Shown here one piece after another: positions 22,826-33,754 of a stretch of DNA of 64,000 bases. The notes under the pieces are model-generated. The model was not told the origin of the DNA. It ran no database searches and saw only the letters and a list, made by a program, of their open reading frames with translations. Location of the stretch: the NCBI GenBank assembly GCA_934120315.1, contig CAKOTX010000003.1, forward strand, positions 3,661 through 67,660. The letters run 5' to 3'. The stretch is from an uncultured Clostridia bacterium (lineage in GTDB: Bacteria > Bacillota > Clostridia > TANB77 > CAG-508). The first letter of the stretch is position 1, and each line of letters starts with the position of its first letter. The translations under genes and the position numbers were made by a program.

Positions 22826-23827
22826 TTATTTCATAGCTTCTTCAACTGCAACAGCTACTGCAACTGATGCACCAACCATTGGGTTGTTACCCATACCGAT
22901 TAATCCCATCATTTCTACGTGAGCTGGTACTGAAGATGAACCTGCAAATTGTGCATCTGAATGCATTCTTCCCATAGTATCTGTCATACCATATGAAGCT
23001 GGTCCAGCAGCCATATTATCTGGATGAAGTGTTCTACCTGTTCCACCACCTGAAGCAACTGAGAAGTATTTCTTTCCTGCTTCTAGTCTTTCTTTCTTAT
23101 ATGTTCCTGCAACTGGATGTTGGAATCTTGTTGGGTTTGTTGAGTTACCTGTAATAGATACATCAACATCTTCTAACCACATAATTGCTACACCTTCTCT
23201 AACATCATTTGCACCATAGCATTTTACTTGGCTTCTTTCACCATCTGAATATTTGATTTCTTCAACTACTTTTACTTTTCCTGTAAAGTAATCAAAATCT
23301 GTTTTTACATATGTAAATCCATTAATTCTTGAAATTACTTGTGCTGCATCTTTTCCTAAACCGTTTAAAATTACTCTTAGTGGTTCTTTTCTAACTTTGT
23401 TTGCAGATTTTGCTATACCAATAGCTCCTTCTGCTGCTGCAAAGCTTTCATGTCCTGCTAAAAATGCAAAACATTTTGTGTCTTCTGATAATAGCATTGA
23501 AGCTAAGTTTCCATGTCCTAATCCTACTTTTCTGTCATCTGCAACAGAACCTGGAATACAAAATGCTTGTAATCCTTCTCCAATTGCTTTTGCTGCATCT
23601 GATGCTTTTGTACATCCTTTTTTTATTGCAATTGCAGCACCTAATGTATAAGCCCAAGCTGCATTTTCAAAACAAATTGGTTGTACTCCTTTTACTATTT
23701 CATAAGGATTAAATCCTTTATCTGTACAGATTTTTAATGCATCTTCAAAATCTTTTATTCCGTATTTTTCCATAACTGGTTTTATTTGATCAATTCTTCT
23801 TTCATAACTTTCAAATGTTACTGCCAT
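22826..23827 (-). CDS. GGGtGRT-family protein of unknown function
   Basis: Contains the eponymous SGGGTGRT motif; 333 aa. Confidence 0.7.
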   Translation of the reverse strand: MAVTFESYERRIDQIKPVMEKYGIKDFEDALKICTDKGFNPYEIVKGVQPICFENAAWAYTLGAAIAIKKGCTKASDAAKAIGEGLQAFCIPGSVADDRKVGLGHGNLASMLLSEDTKCFAFLAGHESFAAAEGAIGIAKSANKVRKEPLRVILNGLGKDAAQVISRINGFTYVKTDFDYFTGKVKVVEEIKYSDGERSQVKCYGANDVREGVAIMWLEDVDVSITGNSTNPTRFQHPVAGTYKKERLEAGKKYFSVASGGGTGRTLHPDNMAAGPASYGMTDTMGRMHSDAQFAGSSSVPAHVEMMGLIGMGNNPMVGASVAVAVAVEEAMK

Positions 23828-23850
23828 TTTTTATTCCTCCTATTTCTATT

Positions 23851-24561
23851 CTATTCTTCTCTTGGATCAATTTTCTTTACAGCTTCGTCAAATCTTCCAT
23901 ATGTACCAGAAGCTTTTTCAATTGCTTCCATTGGATCAATTCCTTTTTTGATATTGTCCATCATTTTTCCTAAATGAACATATTTATAACCAATTATTTG
24001 GTCGTCTTTGTCTAATCCTAATTCTACTATGTATCCTTCTGTTAATTGTAAATATCTTGGTCCTTTTAATGAACTTGAATAAATTGTTCCAACTTGTGAT
24101 GTATGTCCTTTTCCTAAATCTTCAAGTCCAGCTCCAACTGGAAGTCCACCTTCTGAGAAAGCTGTTTGAGTTCTACCATATACTATTTGTAAGAATAATT
24201 CTCTCATAGCAGTATTTATAGCATCACAAACTAAATCTGTGTTTAATGCTTCTAATATTGTTTTTCCTGTTAAAATTTCTCCTGCCATTGCAGCTGAATG
24301 TGTCATTCCTGAACATCCTATTGTTTCAATTAATGCTTCTTGGATTATTCCATCCTTTACATTTAATGTTAATTTACAAGCTCCTTGTTGTGGTGCACAC
24401 CATCCAATACCATGTGTTAATCCTGATATATCTTTTATATCTTTTGCTTTTACCCATTTTCCTTCTTCTGGAATTGGTGCTGGTCCATGGTCTACTCCTT
24501 TTGCAACACGGCACATATTTTCTAATTCTTTTGAATAAATCATTTTTATTGCTCCTTTCAT
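23851..24561 (-). CDS. NifU/IscU-like Fe-S scaffold-domain protein with C-terminal extension
   Basis: HGIGWCAPQQGACKL...ETIGCSGMTHSAAMAGE resembles the IscU three-Cys scaffold. Confidence 0.65.
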   Translation of the reverse strand: MKGAIKMIYSKELENMCRVAKGVDHGPAPIPEEGKWVKAKDIKDISGLTHGIGWCAPQQGACKLTLNVKDGIIQEALIETIGCSGMTHSAAMAGEILTGKTILEALNTDLVCDAINTAMRELFLQIVYGRTQTAFSEGGLPVGAGLEDLGKGHTSQVGTIYSSSLKGPRYLQLTEGYIVELGLDKDDQIIGYKYVHLGKMMDNIKKGIDPMEAIEKASGTYGRFDEAVKKIDPREE

Positions 24562-25223
24562 TTATTACATAATATTTGGTTTTTAATTTTACTTTTTTCT
24601 TGTTTTGTTGCAAGATATTCAACTTTTTGAGTTTCTTTAAAATCTGTTGTTTCATATGTTATTATATTTGTTTGTCTTTTTTGATAAATACCTGAATCAT
24701 ACTCTTCATCTTTTTTTCTACTAGGTCTTCTGTTAGCTATATATTGTTCTATCGCATTTTTTTCTTTTTTACTATGTGGTTCTATATGTAAATATTTATT
24801 TCTCCAAAATATGTGATGATCATAATATTCATCTTGGCCACCTAATAAATTATCATAATTATATTCTACTTTGAATCTATTATTTTTAATTGATATTGTA
24901 ATATTAGACCATATTTTTTGACCAGTTTTAGCAAATTCATCTCTTAACGCTTTTATTTCGCCATATAATAAATCTACTAATTTCATATATTCGTCTTCTT
25001 CTATGTTATATTTAGATGGGACTTCATATACATTTACAAATTTTCTTTTCAAAATTCCTTTTGGCATAAAGTAAAAATACATTTCACCTGTTTGAACTTT
25101 TCCAAGTCTATCAATTATAGATGCATAAAGATATAATTCATCCCATCTTCCAGGAACAGCATAGAATATTTTTTTCTGTATTTCTTCATATATTTCTTTT
25201 ATCTTTTTAGTATTATTTAACAA
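24558..25223 (-). CDS. YezG/DUF600-like immunity-type protein with C-terminal extension
   Basis: WDELYLYA...EMYFYF...EEDEY...LRDEF...WSNITISI..FKVEYNYDNL matches the recalled DUF600 pattern; not searched. Confidence 0.45.
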   Translation of the reverse strand: MLNNTKKIKEIYEEIQKKIFYAVPGRWDELYLYASIIDRLGKVQTGEMYFYFMPKGILKRKFVNVYEVPSKYNIEEDEYMKLVDLLYGEIKALRDEFAKTGQKIWSNITISIKNNRFKVEYNYDNLLGGQDEYYDHHIFWRNKYLHIEPHSKKEKNAIEQYIANRRPSRKKDEEYDSGIYQKRQTNIITYETTDFKETQKVEYLATKQEKSKIKNQILCNK

Positions 25224-25236
25224 CTTTTTTCACCCT

Positions 25237-26769
25237 TTATTTTACTAAAATACTCTCTCCTGTCATTTCTGCTGGCTTTTCTATTCCTAATAGCTCTAAC
25301 ATTGTTGGTGCTAAATCTGCAAGTTTTCCTTCTTTGATTTTTAAGTTTTCGTTTTCTGTTACTAATATTAATGGTACAGGATTTGTTGTATGTGCTGTAT
25401 GTGGTTCTCCTGTTTTGTAATCTATCATTTGCTCACAATTTCCATGGTCTGCTGTTATTAACATTGTTCCATGGTGTGCAAGTATTGCTTCTACTACTTT
25501 TCCAACACATGTATCAATTGTTTCTACTGCTTTTATGGCTGCAGGTAAACTTCCTGTATGTCCAACCATGTCTGGATTTGCAAAATTTAAGATAATTGTA
25601 TCATATTTATTTTCATTTATTGCTGCTACAACTTTTTCTGTAACTTCTGGAGCACTCATCTCTGGTTGCATATCATATGTTGCAACTTTTGGTGATGGAA
25701 CTAATATTCTATCTTCTCCAGGATATTGTTTTTCTTCTCCTCCATTAAAAAAGAATGTAACATGTGCATATTTCTCTGTTTCTGCTATACGAAGTTGTTT
25801 TAAACCGTTTTTTCCAACTATTTCTCCAAATGTATTTACTAATGGCTCTTTTTTAAATGCAATTTTTACATTTGGCATTGTTTCATCATAATTTGTGAAA
25901 CATACAAAATAAGTATCCATTTTTTTAGTTTCAAATTCGTTGAAATCTTTGTCAACTATTGCTCTTGTTATTTCTCTTGCTCTATCTGGTCTAAAGTTAA
26001 AGAATATTACAGAATCATGTTCTTGAATTGTTGCAACAGGTGTGTCTCCATTGCATATTACTGTTGGTTCAACAAACTCATCAAACACTTCTTTTTGATA
26101 AGAGTCTTCTATTGCAATTGTTGCTGATGTAGCTTTATTACCTTCACCATTTACAAGTGCATCATAACATTTTTTAACTCTATCCCATCTTTTATCTCTA
26201 TCCATCGCATAATATCTTCCAGATAAGCTTGCAATTTTTCCAATTCCTTTTTCTCTCATTTTTTCTTCTAATTGTGTAATGTAACCTTCTGCTGATGCTG
26301 GTGGAGTATCTCTACCATCTAAGAAACAATGTACATATACATTTTCAAAATCTCTTCTTTTTGCCATTTCTAACAATCCATATAGATGACGGTTATGACT
26401 GTGAACTCCTCCATCTGACAAAAGACCTAATATGTGCAATTTAGAATTATATTTTTTGCAATTTTCAATTGCTTCAATAAATTCTGGAATTGTAAAGAAA
26501 TCTCCATCTTCTATTGATTTTGTTATTTTTGTTAATTCTTGATATACAATTCTTCCTGCTCCTATGTTAGTGTGTCCTACTTCTGAGTTTCCCATTTGTC
26601 CATCTGGTAATCCTACTTTTAGCCCACTTGTATATATTTTTGTAGTTTGATATTTTTTCATAAGTTTATCTATATTAGGTGTATTGGCTAATTTTACTGC
26701 ATTTCCATCTGTTTTTTCATTAATTCCAAAACCATCTAATATCATTAGCATTACTGGCTTTTTTTCCAT
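25237..26769 (-). CDS. gpmI: 2,3-bisphosphoglycerate-independent phosphoglycerate mutase
   Basis: iPGM N-terminus MLMILDGFG and metal-binding motifs; start trimmed to MEKKP. Confidence 0.9.
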   Translation of the reverse strand: MEKKPVMLMILDGFGINEKTDGNAVKLANTPNIDKLMKKYQTTKIYTSGLKVGLPDGQMGNSEVGHTNIGAGRIVYQELTKITKSIEDGDFFTIPEFIEAIENCKKYNSKLHILGLLSDGGVHSHNRHLYGLLEMAKRRDFENVYVHCFLDGRDTPPASAEGYITQLEEKMREKGIGKIASLSGRYYAMDRDKRWDRVKKCYDALVNGEGNKATSATIAIEDSYQKEVFDEFVEPTVICNGDTPVATIQEHDSVIFFNFRPDRAREITRAIVDKDFNEFETKKMDTYFVCFTNYDETMPNVKIAFKKEPLVNTFGEIVGKNGLKQLRIAETEKYAHVTFFFNGGEEKQYPGEDRILVPSPKVATYDMQPEMSAPEVTEKVVAAINENKYDTIILNFANPDMVGHTGSLPAAIKAVETIDTCVGKVVEAILAHHGTMLITADHGNCEQMIDYKTGEPHTAHTTNPVPLILVTENENLKIKEGKLADLAPTMLELLGIEKPAEMTGESILVK

Positions 26770-26792
26770 TTTCAACATTCCTTTCTGTTTGC

Positions 26793-26816
26793 GAATTTGG
26801 GGTCGGTCCTTTTTTA
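26793..26816. repeat. Single arm of the dispersed palindromic repeat family (aatttggggtcggtcctttttt)
   Basis: Near-identical to the arms of the palindromes at 49352 and 53352. Confidence 0.5.
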
Positions 26817-27566
26817 GCATTCGTAATTTACTATTTTTGAAAATTCGTCTGCTTTTAGACTGGCTCCGCCTACAAGTCCTCCGTCTATATCTGACATTTC
26901 AAATAATTCTTTGGCATTTGCTGATTTTACGCTTCCGCCGTACTGTATTATAACTCCATTTGCCTCGTTTTGTCCATACATTTCAGCTAATTTTTTTCTA
27001 ATTTGCATAATTGTTGAATTGGCATCTTCTTTAGTTGCTGTTTTTCCAGTTCCAATTGCCCATATTGGTTCATATGCTACTATTATCTTTTCTAATTCTG
27101 ATGCAGGTATTCCCTCAAATGCTTTTTCTACTTGACTTGTAACAATTTGTTCTGTTTGACCATTTTCTCTTTGTTCCAATGTTTCTCCAACACATACTAT
27201 TGGTTTTAATCCATGTGCTAATGCTGATTTTATTTTCTTATTTACAGTTTCATCTGTTTCTGCAAAGTATTGTCTTCTTTCAGAATGTCCAATTATTACA
27301 TATTCAACTCCAATAGATTTAAGCATTGGTGCTGATATTTCTCCTGTATATGCACCTTTTTCTTCCCAATGCATATTTTGAGCACCTATTCTTATGTTTG
27401 TTCCTTGTACATTTAATAGTGCATAAAATAAATCTGTATATGGAACACACAATATTACTTCATTTTTTGTATCTTTTACAAGTGGTGTAAGTTCTTGTAT
27501 AAAGTTTATTGCTTCATTTGGAAGCATATTCATTTTCCAGTTTCCTGCTATTACTTTTCTTCTCAT
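26814..27566 (-). CDS. tpiA: Triosephosphate isomerase
   Basis: AGNWKMN start and TIM signature; start overlaps the upstream stop (TAATG). Confidence 0.95.
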   Translation of the reverse strand: MRRKVIAGNWKMNMLPNEAINFIQELTPLVKDTKNEVILCVPYTDLFYALLNVQGTNIRIGAQNMHWEEKGAYTGEISAPMLKSIGVEYVIIGHSERRQYFAETDETVNKKIKSALAHGLKPIVCVGETLEQRENGQTEQIVTSQVEKAFEGIPASELEKIIVAYEPIWAIGTGKTATKEDANSTIMQIRKKLAEMYGQNEANGVIIQYGGSVKSANAKELFEMSDIDGGLVGGASLKADEFSKIVNYEC

Positions 27567-28120
27567 TATATTAGCCCCCTTTTCTTTATGACCTCTAATA
27601 AGTCATTTTTTGCTTTTTCTGTATAATCATTTACAAACACATAATCAAATTGTTTTTGCAATTCCTTATTTTGATTGTATTCTTGCATATGTTCATCAAT
27701 TTCTTTTAATCTTTTTTTCTCTGTTTCTATATCTAATTCTCTTTTATGTAATTCCATTTTTGCTCTTTCAATATCTTTTGGTATCATATAGATTGAGAAT
27801 ACATTTTTGGCACACTTTTTAAATTCATAAATTGTACTATAATGTAATTCTGTTACTTGATTTTTCTCAGATTCAAGATCTTGTTTTCTATATGCGTATT
27901 TAGCCCCTAAAAAATCAAAATCAACTAATATTTCGTTTTGATTTTTTAATTTATTAAATTCTTGTTCACTTACAAACTCTTTATCTATTCCATTTATTTC
28001 GCCTTTTCTTTTAGTTCTTGTAGTTACTATAACTAAATTTTCAAAGCCTAATTCTTGTGAAATTGCATTTTTAAAAAAAGATTTTCCTGTTCCTGTGACT
28101 CCTGATAATGTTACTATCAT
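27566..28120 (-). CDS. Guanylate-kinase-like P-loop protein (function unknown)
   Basis: SGVTGTGKS P-loop plus TTRTKRKGEINGIDKEFVSEQEF Gmk-like motif; embedded between pgk and tpiA. Confidence 0.6.
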   Translation of the reverse strand: MIVTLSGVTGTGKSFFKNAISQELGFENLVIVTTRTKRKGEINGIDKEFVSEQEFNKLKNQNEILVDFDFLGAKYAYRKQDLESEKNQVTELHYSTIYEFKKCAKNVFSIYMIPKDIERAKMELHKRELDIETEKKRLKEIDEHMQEYNQNKELQKQFDYVFVNDYTEKAKNDLLEVIKKRGLI

Positions 28121-28674
28121 CTTTCTACCTTTCTTGTTTCTTTATTATTATATACATTTCTAACTTTCTCGAATATCTCTTCATAATCATAATTTTTAGG
28201 AAATTTAGTTCTTCCACTTCTTATTAGTTCAAATGTTTCTTCTAATGGTAACCAAACAATTTTATCAATCTCTTCTTTTTGAATTATCACATCTGAAGAT
28301 TTTCTTTTTAAGCAATATGCCGTAATCAAAAAACGTAATGTTTTTTCTCCACTTTTAAACTTAAATGGTAATTCATTTTTATTAAGTTTTATTACATTCA
28401 TTGCTTCTTCAACACTAATTCCAAGCTCTTCTCCAAGTTCTCTTATCATTGCTTGTGTTTGAGTTTCATCTCCATCAATATGTCCAGAGCACAAGTCTAA
28501 TTTACCAGGAGTAAGGCCCTTATTTACTCTCTTTTCAATAAGCACCTCACCTTTTTCATTTATAACAAAACATGTAACTCCTTTTAACCATTCATTTTCA
28601 TTAATGCTAAGTTCTTGTTTTTTGTCTATTTTCCTTATTAGTTTTCCATCTTTGTCGTATACATTATATAACAT
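28117..28674 (-). CDS. NUDIX hydrolase
   Basis: Nudix box GHIDGDETQTQAMIRELGEELGI; ATGA overlap with the downstream kinase-like gene; start uncertain (TTG 28713 or ATG 28674). Confidence 0.8.
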   Translation of the reverse strand: MLYNVYDKDGKLIRKIDKKQELSINENEWLKGVTCFVINEKGEVLIEKRVNKGLTPGKLDLCSGHIDGDETQTQAMIRELGEELGISVEEAMNVIKLNKNELPFKFKSGEKTLRFLITAYCLKRKSSDVIIQKEEIDKIVWLPLEETFELIRSGRTKFPKNYDYEEIFEKVRNVYNNKETRKVER

Positions 28675-28690
28675 TGTTTTTCTACATCCT

Positions 28691-29875
28691 TTATTTGTCT
28701 TGTAAACACTCAATTCCTGGTAATTTTTTTCCTTCTAAGAATTCTAGTGAAGCTCCTCCACCAGTTGAAATATGTGTCATTTTATCAGCTAATCCAGCTT
28801 TTTCAACTGCAGCAGCTGAATCTCCACCACCAATTATTGTTGTTGCATCTAATTCTGCTAAAGCATGAGCAATTGCATTTGTTCCAATTGCAAATTGGTC
28901 AAATTCGAACAAACCTAAAGGTCCATTCCATACAACTGTTTTTGCTGATTTTAATTCATCTTTAAACATTTCGATTGTTTTTTCTCCGATGTCAAATCCT
29001 TCCCATCCTTCTGGAATTTCTGTCCAAGCTACTGTTTTACTTTCTGTATCTGGTTTGAATTCTTTTCCTATTTTTGTATCAACTGGTAATAAGAATTTTA
29101 CACCTTTCTCTTTTGCTTTATTCATTAAACTTAATGCTAAATCACATTTATCTGGTTCACACAAAGAATTTCCAACTTCATATCCTTGTGCTTTGAAGAA
29201 TGTATATGCCATTCCTCCACCAATCATTAATGTATCAACTTTTTCTAATAAACTATCAATAACTCCTATTTTATCAGAAACTTTTGCACCACCTAATATT
29301 GCAACAAATGGTCTTTCTGGATTATTTAAAGCATCACCTAAGAATTTTAATTCTTTTTCAATTAAGAATCCTGAAACTGATGGTAAATAATGAGAAATTC
29401 CTTCTGTTGAAGCATGTGCTCTATGTGCTGTTCCAAATGCATCATTAACAAATACTTCTGCCATACTTGCTAATTCTTTTGCAAATTCTGGATCATTATC
29501 TGTTTCTTCTCTATGGAATCTAACATTTTCAAGTAACATTACTTGTCCTTCTTGTAAATTTGCAGCTAATGTTTTTGCACTTTCTCCAATAACATCTTTA
29601 GCCATTAAAACTTCTTGTCCTAATAGTTTAGATAATTCCTTAGCTACTGGAGCTAGAGAAAATTCAGGCTTAAATTCTCCCTTTGGTCTTCCTAAATGTG
29701 AAGCTAAAATTATTTTACAATTTTGTTCAATTAGATATTTAATAGTTGGTAATGCTGCAACTATTCTTCTGTTATCTGTAATATTTTGATTTTCATCCAT
29801 TGGAACATTAAAATCACATCTTACAAATACTTTTTTTCCTCTTAAATCTATATCTTTTACTGTTTTTTTACTCAT
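28691..29875 (-). CDS. pgk: Phosphoglycerate kinase
   Basis: Full PGK signature, 394 aa. Confidence 0.95.
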   Translation of the reverse strand: MSKKTVKDIDLRGKKVFVRCDFNVPMDENQNITDNRRIVAALPTIKYLIEQNCKIILASHLGRPKGEFKPEFSLAPVAKELSKLLGQEVLMAKDVIGESAKTLAANLQEGQVMLLENVRFHREETDNDPEFAKELASMAEVFVNDAFGTAHRAHASTEGISHYLPSVSGFLIEKELKFLGDALNNPERPFVAILGGAKVSDKIGVIDSLLEKVDTLMIGGGMAYTFFKAQGYEVGNSLCEPDKCDLALSLMNKAKEKGVKFLLPVDTKIGKEFKPDTESKTVAWTEIPEGWEGFDIGEKTIEMFKDELKSAKTVVWNGPLGLFEFDQFAIGTNAIAHALAELDATTIIGGGDSAAAVEKAGLADKMTHISTGGGASLEFLEGKKLPGIECLQDK

Positions 29876-29965
29876 TTTTATACTTCCTTTCTATGCTTGT
29901 CAAATAGCATTAAAAGGCTAGAGGCCAGACATTATATTCTCTCTAACCCCTAACCTAATTTATAT

Positions 29966-31024
<1,059 letters not shown>

Positions 31025-31079
31025 TTACCTCGTTAGGCAAGTTTATTCTATAACAAATTCAAATACTTTGCAATAGATA

Positions 31080-31517
31080 TTACAAATATTTTTTCAAAGT
31101 TTCTACACTATCTTCTTGCATAACCACAAAGTCGTTTAATATCTGTCTAACTTCATTATCAATACTAGGATTATTGTTCAATAATCTTCTTCCTTCAATA
31201 ATTCCCATATTAGTTCCTTGCATCAACAATTCAGATATTTTTGAATTGCTTTGATCTTTCATCGTTTTCATGTTTACTCCATACCATGTCATCATTTTAT
31301 TCATCATATTTGTTTCTTGAGGATCTTTTGTCATTGTGTATTGTGAATATATGTTATCAACTCTGTTAGCAATCTCTTTATATTTGCCATATTCAACATC
31401 TAAAACCTTTTTAAATCTGTCGTCACCAACTTTACTTGATACAAAATGAATTGCATCCATTCCCATTGTTGTTCCTTTGTTGACTTCGTCTAAAACTTTC
31501 ACATTAATATCTTCCAT
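31080..31517 (-). CDS. Hypothetical protein upstream of gapA (not a CggR)
   Basis: ORF with AAGGAGG RBS before MEDINVKV; no family recognised. Confidence 0.5.
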   Translation of the reverse strand: MEDINVKVLDEVNKGTTMGMDAIHFVSSKVGDDRFKKVLDVEYGKYKEIANRVDNIYSQYTMTKDPQETNMMNKMMTWYGVNMKTMKDQSNSKISELLMQGTNMGIIEGRRLLNNNPSIDNEVRQILNDFVVMQEDSVETLKKYL

Positions 31518-31572
31518 ATTACTACCTCCTTTGGATATTTTTTTCAAAATTATTAATTTTATTCATTTTAGG

Positions 31573-31601
31573 TTGCATTTTCTATTAATTCGTAGTATAA
31601 T
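31573..31601 (+). promoter_or_regulatory. Sigma-A-type promoter (TTGCAT-17-TATAAT) for the 31683 gene
   Basis: -35/-10 hexamers with 17-nt spacer and extended TG-like context. Confidence 0.5.
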
Positions 31602-31682
31602 GGTTTACGCGTTTTACCTAGAGAGGTAACTAGGTGTATTAAGTTAACTAACAAAATACAAACTTGAGGAGGAAAACATCTT

Positions 31683-32147
31683 ATGCTTTTTATTGTACTT
31701 GGGGTTATCGGTTCAGTATACATTCGGAGAAAATTAGAAGATGATTATTTTACTTTTGCAACATTTTTATCGATGGTAATTTTGTTTTTAGGTATTATTA
31801 TTGGACTTTTTGCTCCTATTTTCTATGGAAATCAGGATATTGTCTATTCGGCAAATTTATTACCTATTTCTTATGAAGATAATTATTTAACGGTTCAAAA
31901 TAAAACCTACTATTTCAAGCCAGACAATGATGACATCATTTGGAAAAATGGAGCATTGTCTATTAATTTATCTGATACCGAAATAAGAATTACAAATTCC
32001 TATTTGAACCAAATTCACTATTGCGTTGAATATCCAAGACATGATATCTGGATTATTTCTTTTGAATTATTGCCTGTGCCTCGGCACTACTATGAATTTT
32101 GCATTCCTCGTGATGCATATGTTAGTGACGGTTCTGCAAGAGCATAA
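31683..32147 (+). CDS. Hypothetical membrane protein
   Basis: GAGGAGG RBS, two N-terminal TM helices. Confidence 0.5.
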   Translation: MLFIVLGVIGSVYIRRKLEDDYFTFATFLSMVILFLGIIIGLFAPIFYGNQDIVYSANLLPISYEDNYLTVQNKTYYFKPDNDDIIWKNGALSINLSDTEIRITNSYLNQIHYCVEYPRHDIWIISFELLPVPRHYYEFCIPRDAYVSDGSARA

Positions 32148-32286
32148 AAAGATATCTAAGAAGAGTAGTATTTTATATACTGCTCTTTTTTATTTTTTTG
32201 AGTCCATGCACTTTTATTTTTATCAAACATATAATTCTACTATGAGTTAAATTTTTTAAGAGTATTATTACTCGATAGGGGGTTTT

Positions 32287-32988
32287 ATGTTTTCCACTCT
32301 TTGTCTAGGTGGTTTCTTACATTTTTTACAAACTGCAATTTTTGCAGTAGGATATATATCTGGAGCACAACTTTTTCCTGAACCTTTACGTTCAGAGGAA
32401 GAACAATTGTATCTCGAAAGATTAAGTACAGGTGACGAAGAAGCTCGTAATATACTAATAGAAAAAAACTTAAGATTAGTTGCTCATGTTTGTAAAAAGT
32501 ATAGTAATTCTAATGTCGATCAAGATGATTTAATTTCAATTGGAACTATTGGGTTAATTAAAGGCATTAATAGTTTTAAACCTGAAAAAGGTGCTCGCCT
32601 TTCTACATATGTTTCTAGATGCATCGATAATGAAATTTTGATGTATTTTAGAGCTACTAAAAAATTAAATAATGAAGTTTATTTAAATGAACCTATTGGA
32701 AAAGATAAAGATGATAATGTTGTTACTCTTCAAGAAGTTCTTGAAAATGATGAACGAAGCGTTGAAGAGTCTGTTGACTTAAAAATGAAAGTAAAGTTAC
32801 TATATGAAAAAATGAAGAGTCTTTTGAAAGATAGAGAACGTACTATTCTTGAATTGCGTTTTGGTCTAGATGGTCATAAGCCTAAAACTCAAATTGAAAT
32901 TGCTGAACAAATGGGCATTTCTCGTTCTTATGTTTCTCGTATTGAAACTAAAGCTATTAATAAGCTTGCTAAAGAGATTAAGGAATAA
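32287..32988 (+). CDS. sigK: Sporulation sigma factor with N-terminal pro-sequence, most likely pro-sigma-K
   Basis: Hydrophobic pro-sequence then LVAHVCKKY...DLISIGTIGLIK...TYVSRCIDNEILMYF region 2/4 motifs; AGGGGG RBS; no spoIIGA upstream, which argues against sigE. Confidence 0.7.
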   Translation: MFSTLCLGGFLHFLQTAIFAVGYISGAQLFPEPLRSEEEQLYLERLSTGDEEARNILIEKNLRLVAHVCKKYSNSNVDQDDLISIGTIGLIKGINSFKPEKGARLSTYVSRCIDNEILMYFRATKKLNNEVYLNEPIGKDKDDNVVTLQEVLENDERSVEESVDLKMKVKLLYEKMKSLLKDRERTILELRFGLDGHKPKTQIEIAEQMGISRSYVSRIETKAINKLAKEIKE

Positions 32989-33047
32989 AATAAAAGACGG
33001 TCACACTTTACTTATTGAGTAATTGTGTGCTCCGCCCTTTTTATTTT

Positions 33048-33731
33048 CTATTTTGAAATATATCCAAACTTTTCCATTCTTTCTTCTTCTCTTGCAGATA
33101 ATTCTTTTAACCATTCAGCTAAGCCGTTAATATCAGAATTTCTTAAGAATTCAAAATATTTTACTCTATCTTCTTTTGCGATAACAACAGGTGGCAAATT
33201 ATTTTTTAGTAACTCATAATTTATAATTAATCTGCCAGTTCTACCATTTCCATCTTCGAAAGGATGTATTCTTTCGAATTCAATATGATATCTAGCAATC
33301 TTAGTAAAAATATCTTGTTCATCATGATTATAATTATATATATAATACATCATCAAATTTGGCACTTTTTCAGGTTCAGGTGGAATATGTTCACTTCCTT
33401 GAATAAATACTTGTACAGCTCTATATCCCTCTGAATCTCTAATGTCCATATTTATAGTTTCATTTATTTTTCTAATAAATCTTTCATCAAATTCTTCAGT
33501 ATTTTTTAAATTCTTAAAAACTAATTCCAATGCTTTTTTATGATTGATAGCTTCATATATTTCTCTAGGTTCTTTTCCCTCGATTTTAAAACTATTGTCG
33601 TTGTAAAGAATAGCATAAGTTTCAGCATAAGTAAGCGTACTTCCTTCAATAGCATTTGAATGATAAGTACTTCTTGTAATTAAATCTTCTAAATATTCTT
33701 TATTATTTAAAACAAATTCTAAAATAGTCAT
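33048..33731 (-). CDS. Fic/DOC family protein (class II, N-terminal inhibitory motif)
   Basis: HPFEDGNGRTGR Fic motif; N-terminal SNAIEG matches the (S/T)xxxE(G/N) inhibitory helix. Confidence 0.85.
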   Translation of the reverse strand: MTILEFVLNNKEYLEDLITRSTYHSNAIEGSTLTYAETYAILYNDNSFKIEGKEPREIYEAINHKKALELVFKNLKNTEEFDERFIRKINETINMDIRDSEGYRAVQVFIQGSEHIPPEPEKVPNLMMYYIYNYNHDEQDIFTKIARYHIEFERIHPFEDGNGRTGRLIINYELLKNNLPPVVIAKEDRVKYFEFLRNSDINGLAEWLKELSAREEERMEKFGYISK

Positions 33732-33754
33732 ATTTTTCCTCTTTTCTATTCAAT

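Noticed and set aside
24374-24655. 93-aa basic ORF overlapping the YezG-like/NifU-like junction
   Set aside because: Alternative-frame overlap of two better-supported genes; arginine/lysine-rich junk.
31080-31517. Considered whether this could be the CggR glycolytic regulator normally found upstream of gapA
   Set aside because: 145 aa is far too short, and it lacks the DeoR/SorC-type sugar-binding domain; left as hypothetical.
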